A stretch of DNA of 64,000 nt from the human T2T-CHM13v2.0 reference genome, Homo sapiens. This document shows, one piece after another, positions 55,953-64,000 of the stretch. Each line of letters begins with the position of its first letter. Positions within the stretch are counted from its first letter, which is position 1. Made by a program: the position numbers and the translations under genes. The stretch is taken from the NCBI RefSeq assembly GCF_009914755.1, contig NC_060933.1; one strand, 5' to 3'. A model generated the notes under the pieces. It was not told the DNA's origin, did no database searches, and was given only the letters and a program-made list of their open reading frames with translations.

Positions 55953-58900
55953 CAACTCGATTGCAATCGAATGGAATGGAATGGAATTAACCTGAATAGA
56001 ATGGAATGGAATGGAATGGAACGGAACGGAATGGAATGGAATGGAATGGAATGGAATGGAACGGAACGGAATGGAATGGAATGGAATGGAATCAACGCGA
56101 GTGCAGGGGAATGGAATGGAATGGAATGCAATGGAATGGAATCTTCCGGAATGGAATGGAATGGAATGGAATGGAATGAAATACAATGGATTCAACTCGA
56201 TTGCAATGGAATGGAATAGAATGGAATGGAATGGAATTGAATGGAATTAAGTCGAGTAGAATGGAATGGAATGGAATGGAACGGAATGGAACGGAATGGA
56301 ATGGAATGGAATGGAATGGTATGGAATGGAATGGAATGGTACGGAATAGAATGGAATGGAACGAATTGTAATGGAATGGAATTGAATGGAATGGAATGGA
56401 ATGGAATGGAATCAACGCGAGTGCAGGGGAATGTAATGGAACAGAATGCAATGGAATGGAAACATCCGGAATGGAATGGAATGGAATGGAATGGAATGGA
56501 ATCAACCAGAGTGCAATGGAATGGAGTGGAATGGAATGCAATGGAATGGAACAACCCGAATGGAATGGAATGTAATGGAGAGTAAGGGAGTTGAATAGAA
56601 TCAATCCGAATGTAATGGAATGGAATGCAAAGGAATGGAATGGAATGGAATGGAATGGAATGCAATGGAATTGAATCAACCCGAGTACAATGGAATGGAA
56701 TGGAATGGAATGGAATGGAATGGAATGCAATGGAATGGAATGATACGGAATAGAATGGAATGGAACGAAATGGAGTGGAATGGAATGGAATGGAATGGAA
56801 TCAATCATTCCGAGTGGAATGGAAGGGAATGTAATGGAGTGGAAAGAAGGGAATGGAATCAACCCGAGTGGAATGCAAGGCAATGGAATGGAATGGAAAG
56901 GAAGGCAATGGAATCAACTCGATTGCAATGGAAAGGAAAGGAATGGAATGGAATGGAATGGAATGGAATGGTATTAACCGGAATAGAATGGAATGGAATG
57001 GAATGGAACGGAATGGAACGGAATGGAATGGAATGGAATGGAATGGAATGGAATGCAATGGAATTGAATCAACCTGAGTACAATGGAATGGAATGGAATG
57101 GAATGGAATGGAATGGAATGGAATGGAATGGAATGGAATGGAATCGTTCTGAGTGGAATAGGAGGGAATGTATTCGAGTGGAATGGAAAGGAATGGAAAA
57201 AACCTGAGTGGAATGGAAGGGAATGGAATAGAATGGAAACTAATAGAATGGAATCAACCCGAGAGGAATGGAATGGAAAGGACTGGAATGGAATGGAATG
57301 GAATGGAATTAACTCGATCGTAATGGAATGGAATGGAATGGAATGGAATGGAATGGAATGGAATGGAATTAACCCGAATACAATGCAATGGAATGGAATG
57401 GAACGGAATGGTGTGGAATCGAATGGAATCAACCCGAGTGCAGGGGAATGGAATGGAATGGAATGCAATGGAATGGAATCATCCGGAATGGAATGGAATG
57501 GAATGGAATGAAAAGCAATGGAATCAACTCGATTGCAATGGAATGGAATGGAATGGAAAGGAATACATTGGAATCAACCCGAGTGGAATGGAATGGAAAG
57601 GAGTGGAATGGAGTGGAATGGAATGGAATGGAATCAACTCGATTGGAATGGAATGGAATGGAATGGAATGGAATGGAATTAATCCGAATAGAATGGAATG
57701 GAATGGAATGGAATGGAATGGAATGGAATGGAATGGAATCAACCCGAGTGCAATGGAATGGAGTGGAATGGAATGGAATGGAATGGAACAACTCGAATGG
57801 AATGGAATGTAATGGAGAGTAAGGGAGTTGAATAGAATCAATCCGAATGTAATGGAATGGAATGGAACGGAATGGAATTGAATGGAATGGAATGGAATGC
57901 AATGGAATGGAATCAACCCGAGTGCAATGGAATGGAGAGGAATGGAATGGAATGGAATGGAAACTACCCGAATGGAATGGAATGTAATAGAGTGCAAAGG
58001 AATTGAATACACTCAATCCGAATGTAATGGAATGGAATGGAACGGAATGGAATGGAATGGAATGGAATGGAATGCAATGGAATGGAATCAACCCGAGTGC
58101 AATGGAATGGAGAGGAATGGAATGGAATGGAATGGAATGGAATGGAATGGAATGGAATGGAATGGAATCAACCCGAGTGCAATGGAATGGAGTGGAATGG
58201 AATGGAATGGAATGGAACAACCCGAATGGAATGGAATGTAATGGAGAGTAAGGGAGTTGAATAGAATCAATCCGAATGTAATGGAATGGAATGGAACGGA
58301 ATGGAATTGAATGGAATGGAATGGAATGCAATGGAATGGAATCAACCCGAGTGCAATGGAATGGAGAGGAATGGAATGGAATGGAATGGAAACTACCCGA
58401 ATGGAATGGAATGAAATGGAGTGTAAGGGAATTGAATAGAATCAATCCGAATGTAATGGAATGGAATGGAATGGAATGGAATGGAATGGAATGCAATGCA
58501 ATGGAATGGAATCAACCCGAGTGCAATCGAATGGAATCGAATGGAATGGAATGCAATGGAATGGATTCAACTTGAATGGAATGGAAAGAATGGAATCAAC
58601 ACGAGTGGAATGGCATGGATTGGAATGGAATGGAATGGAATCAACCCGAGTACAGGGGAATGGTATGGAATGGAATGCAATTGAATGGAATCATCCGTAA
58701 TGGAATGGAAAGGAATGGAATGGAATGGAATGGAATGGAATGGAATGGAATGGAATCAACTCGATTGCAATCGAATGGAATGGAATGGAATTAACCCGAA
58801 TAGAATGGAATGGAATGGAATGGAACGGAACGGAACGGAACGGAATGGATGGAATGGAATGGAATGGAATGGAATGGAATCAACGCGAGTGCAGGGGAAT

Positions 58901-61900
58901 GGAATGGAATGGAATGCAATGGAATGGAATCTTCCGGAATGGAATGGAATAGAATGAAATGCAATGGATTCAACTCGATTGCAATAGAATGGAATAGAAT
59001 GGAATGGAATTGAATGGAATGGAATTAATCCGAATAGAATGGAGTGCAATGGAATGGAACGGAATGGAACGGAATGGAATGGAATGGAATGGAATGGAAT
59101 GGAATGGAATGGTATGGAATGGAATGGAATGGTACGGAATAGAATGGAATGGAACGAATTGTAATGGAATGGAATTGAATGGAATGGAATGGAATGGAAT
59201 GGAATCAAAGCGAGTGCCGGGGAATGTAATGGAACGGAATGCAAGGGAATGGAATCATCCGGAATGGAATGGAATGGAATGGAATGGAATGGAATGGAAT
59301 GGAATGGAATCAACCCGAGTGCAATGGAATGGAGTGGAATGGAATGGAATGCAATGGAACAACCCGAATGGAATGGAATGTAATGGAGGGTAAGGGAGTT
59401 GAATAGAATCAATCCGAATGTAATGGAATGGAATGCAACGGAATGGAATGGAATGGAATGGAATGCAATGCAATGGAATTGAATCAACCCGAATACAATG
59501 GAATGGAATGGAATGGAATGGAATGGAACGAAATGGAATGGAATGGAATGGAATGGAATGGAATGGAATGGAATCGTTCCGAGTGGAATAGGAGAGAATG
59601 TATTCGAGTGGAATGGAAAGGAATGGTATCAACCAGAGTGGAATGGAAGGGAATGGAATGGAGTGGAAACTAATAGAATGGAATCAACCCGAGTGGAATG
59701 GAATGGAAAGGACTGGAATGGAATGGAATGGAATGGAATCAACTCGATTGTAATGGAATGGAATGGAATGGAATGGAATGGAATGGAATCAACCCGAGTG
59801 CAGGGGAATGGAATGGAATGGAATGCAATGGAATGGAATCTTCCGGAATGGAATGGAATGGAATGGAATGGAATGGAATGGAATCAACCCGAGTGCAATG
59901 GAATGGAGTTGAATGGAATGGAATGGAATGGAACAACCCGAATGGAATGGAATGTAATGGAGAGTAAGGGAGTTGAACAGAATCAATCCGAATGTAATGG
60001 AATGGAATGGAACGGAATGGAATTGAATGGAATGGAATGGAATGCAATGGAATGGAATCAACCCGAGTGCAATGGAATGGAGAGGAATGGAATGGAATGG
60101 AATGGAAACTACCCGAATGGAATGGAATGTAATGGAGTGTAAGGGAATTGAATACAATCAATCCGAATGTACTGGAATGGAATGGAACGGAATGGAATGG
60201 AATGGAATGGAATGGAATGCAATGCAATGGAATGGAATCAACCCGAGTGCAATCGAATGGAATCGAATGGAATGGAATGCAATGGAATGGATTCAACTTG
60301 AATGGAATGGAAAGAATGGAATCAACACGAGTGGAATGGCATGGATTGGAATGGAATGGAATGGAATCAACCCGAGTACAGGGGAATGGTATGGAATGGA
60401 ATGCAATGGAATGGAATCATCCGTAATGGAATGGAAAGGAATGGAATGGAATGGAATGGAATGGAATGGAATCAACCCGAGTGCAGGGGAATGTAATGGA
60501 ACGGAATGCAATTGAATGGAGTCATCCGGAATGGAATGGAATGGAATGGAATGGAATCAACCCGAGTGCAATGGAATGGAGTGGAATGGAATGGAATGGA
60601 ATGGAACAACCCGAATGGAATCGAATGTAATGGAGAGTAAGGGAGTTGAAAAGAATCAATCCGAATGTAATGGAATGGAATGGAACGGAATGGAATGGAA
60701 TGGAATGGAATGGAATAGAATGGAATGGAATGCAATGGAGTGGAATCATCCCGAATACAATGGAATGGAATGGAATGGAATGGAATGGAATGGAATGGAA
60801 TGGAATGCAATGTAATGGAATCTTCCGGAATGGAATGGAATGGAATGGAATGCAATGCAATGGATTCAACTCGATTGCAATGGAATGGAATAGAATGGAA
60901 TGGAATGGAATGGAATGGAATGGAATGGAATTAAACCGAATAGAATGGAATGGAATGGAATGGAACGGAACGGAACGGAACGGAACGGAACGGAGTGGAA
61001 TGGAATGGAATGGAATTGTATGGAATGGAATGGAATGGTATGGAATAGAATGGAATGGAAAGAATTGGAATGGAATGGAATCGAATGGAATGGAATGGAA
61101 TGGAATGGAATCAACCCGAGTGCAGGGGAATGTAATGGAACGGAATGCAATGGAATGGAATCATCCGGAATGGAATGGAATGGAATGGAATCAATCCGAG
61201 TGCAATGGAATGGAGTGGAATGGAAAGGAATGGAATGGAACATCCCGAATGGAATGGAATGTAATGGAGAGTAAGGGAGTTGAATAGAATCAATCCGAAT
61301 GTAATGGAATGGAATGCAACGGAATGGAATGGAATGGAATGGAATGGAATGGAATGCCATGGAATGGAATCAACCCGAGTACAATGGAATGGAATGGACT
61401 GGAATGGAATGGAATGGAATGGAATGGAATGGAATGCCTTCAAACCGAATGGAATGGAAAGGAATGAAATCAACACGAGTGGAATGGAATGGAATGGAAT
61501 GGAATGGAATGATACGGAATAGAATGGAATGGATCGAAATGGAATGGAATGGAATGGAATGGAATGGAATGGAATGGAATCAACCCGAGTGCAGGGGAAT
61601 GTAATGGAACGGAATGCAATGGAATGGAATCATCCGGAATGGAATGGAATGGAATGGAATGGAATGGAATCAACCCGAGTGCAATGGAATGGAGTGGAAT
61701 GGAATGGAATGGAATGGAATGGAATGGAATGGAATGGAATGCTTTCAAATCGAATGGAAAGGAATGGAATGAAATCAACTCGAGTGGAATGGAATGGAAT
61801 GGAATGGATTGGAATGGATTGCAAAGGAATGAAATGTAATGGAATGGAATGGAATCAATCATTCCGAGTGGAATGGAAGGGAATGTAATGGAGTGGAAAG

Positions 61901-64000
61901 AAGGGAATGGAATCAACCCGATTGGAATGCAAGGCAATGGAATGGAATGGAATGGAATGGAATGGAATGGAATGGTGTGGAATGGAATGGAATGGTACGG
62001 AATAGAATGGAATGGAACGAATTGTAATGGAATGGAATTGAATGGAATGGAATGGAATCAACGCGAGTGCAGGGGAATGTAATGGACCGGAATGCAATGG
62101 AATGGAATCATCCGGAATGGAATGGAATGGAATGGAATGGAATGGAATGGAATCAACCCGACTGCAATGGAATGGAGTGGAATGGAATGGAATGGAATGG
62201 AACACCCGAATGGAATGGAATGTAATGGAGAGTAAGGGAGTTGAATAGAATCAATCCGAATGTAATGGAATGGAATGCAACGGAATGGAATGGAATGCAA
62301 TGGAATGGAATGCAATGGAATGGAATCAACCCGAGTACAATGGAATGGAATGGAATGGAATGGAATGGAATGGAATGGAATGGAATGATAAGGAATAGAA
62401 TGGAATGGAACGAAATGGAATGGAATGGAATGGAATGGAATGGAATGGAATGGAATGGAATCTTTCCGAGTGGAATAGGAGGGAATGTATTCGAGTGGAA
62501 TGGAAAGGAATGGAATCAACCAGAGTGGAATGGAAGGGAATGGAATGGAATGGAAACTAATAGAATGGAATCAACCCGAGTGGAAAGGAATGGAAAGGAC
62601 TGGAATGGAATGGAATGGAATGGAATGGAATCAACCCGAGTGCAGGGTAATGGAATGGAATGGAATGCAATGGAATGGAATCATCCGGAATGGAATGGAA
62701 TGGAATGGAATGGAAGGAACCCGTGTGCAATGTAATGGAACGGAATGGAATGGAATGGATTCAACTCGAAAGGAATCAACTCGATTGCAATGGAATGGAA
62801 TGGAATCGAAAGGAATAGAATGTAATCAACCCGAGTGGAATGCAATGGAAAGGACTGGAATGGAGTGGAATGGAATGGAATGGAATGGAATCAAATCGAT
62901 TGGAATGGAATGGAATGGAATGGAATGGAATGGAATCAACTCGATTGCAATGGAATGGAATGGAATGGAATGGAATAGAATGGAATGGAATGGAATGGAA
63001 TTAACCCGAATAGAATGGAATGGAATGGAATGGAATGGAACGGAATGTAATGGAATGGAATGGAATCAACCGGAGTGCAGGGGAATGGAATGGAATGGAA
63101 TGCAATGGAATGGAATCATCCGGAATGGAATGGAATGGAATGGAATGGAATGGAATGGAATCAGCTCGATTTCAGTGGAATGGAATGGAATATAATGGAA
63201 TGGAATTAACACGAATAGAAAGCAATGGAATGGAATGGAATGGAACGGAAGGAATGGAGTGGAAAGGAATGGAATCAACCCGAGTGCAGGGGAATGGAAT
63301 GGAATGGAATGCAATGGAATGGAATCATCCGTAATGGAATGGAAAGGAATGGAATGGAATGGAATGGAATGGAATGGAATGGAATCAACTCGATTGCAAT
63401 CGAATGGAATGGAATGGAATTAACCCGAATAGAGTGGATTGGAATGGAATGGAACGGAACGGAAAGGAACGGAATGGAATGGAATGGAATGGAATGGAAT
63501 GGAATGGAACGGAAAGGAATGGAATGGAATGGAATGGAATGGAATGGAATGGAATGGAATGCAATGGAATGGAATGGAATCAACGCGAGTGCAGGGGAAT
63601 GGAATGGAATGGAATGGAATGGAATGGAATGGAATCAACTCGATTGTAATCGAATGGAATGGAATGGAATTAACCCGAATAGAATGGAATGGAATGGAAT
63701 GGAACGGAACGGAATGGAATGGAATGGAATGGAATGGAATGGAACGGAAAGGAATGGAATGGAATGGAATGGAATGGAATGGAATCAACGCGAGGGCAGG
63801 GGAATGGAATGGAATGGAATGCAATGGAATGGAATCTTCCGGAATGGAATGGAATGGAATGCAATGGAATGCAATGGATTCAACTCGATTGCAATGGAAT
63901 GGAATAGAATGGAATGGAATGGAATGGAATGGAATGGAATTAACCCGAATAGAATGGAATGGATTGGAATGGAACGGAACGGAACGGAACGGAACGGAAT

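Larger units (their letters stand above)
1..64000 (+). repeat. Human-type Satellite III (HSat3) pericentromeric array, (GGAAT)n with CAACCCGAGT-type decamers, G-rich strand on +
   Basis: Continuous GGAAT pentamers interrupted by CAACCCGAGT / CAACTCGATT / CAACGCGAGT / TAACCCGAAT words. This matches the classical Sat III consensus (ATTCC)n-A(C/T)TCGGGTTG on the minus strand. No non-satellite sequence seen. Confidence 0.98.
1..64000 (+). ncRNA. Potential template for stress-induced G-rich SatIII lncRNA (nuclear stress body scaffold); transcript boundaries not definable
   Basis: Established: HSF1-dependent Pol II transcription of Sat III yields mainly G-rich (GGAAU) RNA, and the + strand here is the G-rich strand. 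Transcription of this particular stretch cannot be shown from sequence. Confidence 0.35.

Noticed and set aside
7-63907. Hundreds of ORFs encoding (MEWNG)n on + and (IPFHS)n on -, up to 392 aa
   Set aside because: (GGAAT)n has no stop codon in any frame and translates to the same 5-aa repeat. The ORFs overlap in all six frames, with no domain content or gene structure.
1-64000. CRISPR-like repeat/spacer appearance
   Set aside because: The intervening sequence is the same pentamer rather than unique spacers. There are no cas genes and the context is eukaryotic satellite.
1-64000. HSat2, DYZ1 (3.6-kb) or D15Z1 (1.8-kb) assignment
   Set aside because: The sequence lacks the HSat2 CATTCGATTC-dominated pattern and shows no constant 3.6-kb or 1.8-kb period.

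Overview
The whole 64 kb is one uninterrupted, single-orientation array of classical human-type Satellite III (HSat3). It consists of (GGAAT)n interspersed with CAACCCGAGT-type decamers, with the G-rich strand on +. Placement in the 9q12 heterochromatin block is plausible but inferred. I find no genes, transposon insertions or inversions, and all ORFs (MEWNG / IPFHS repeats) are artefacts of the pentamer. The array has no fixed-length higher-order repeat. It is a mosaic of recurring variant-pentamer modules in a conserved order, shaped by nested duplications: an apparently identical 11,363-bp tandem duplication (8617-19926 / 19980-31289) containing older 2.04-kb and 2.86-kb-offset duplications, a near-identical ~2.7-kb tandem duplication (50491-53155 / 53263-55952) with a templated 107-bp junction insert, and older ~4.4-kb and ~12-kb-offset paralogies. 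Recurrent variant words create about 47 perfect three-unit heat-shock elements (nGAAnnTTCnnGAAn) and about 35-40 copies of a perfect 14-bp palindrome. All counts and boundaries were made by eye and need computational confirmation.
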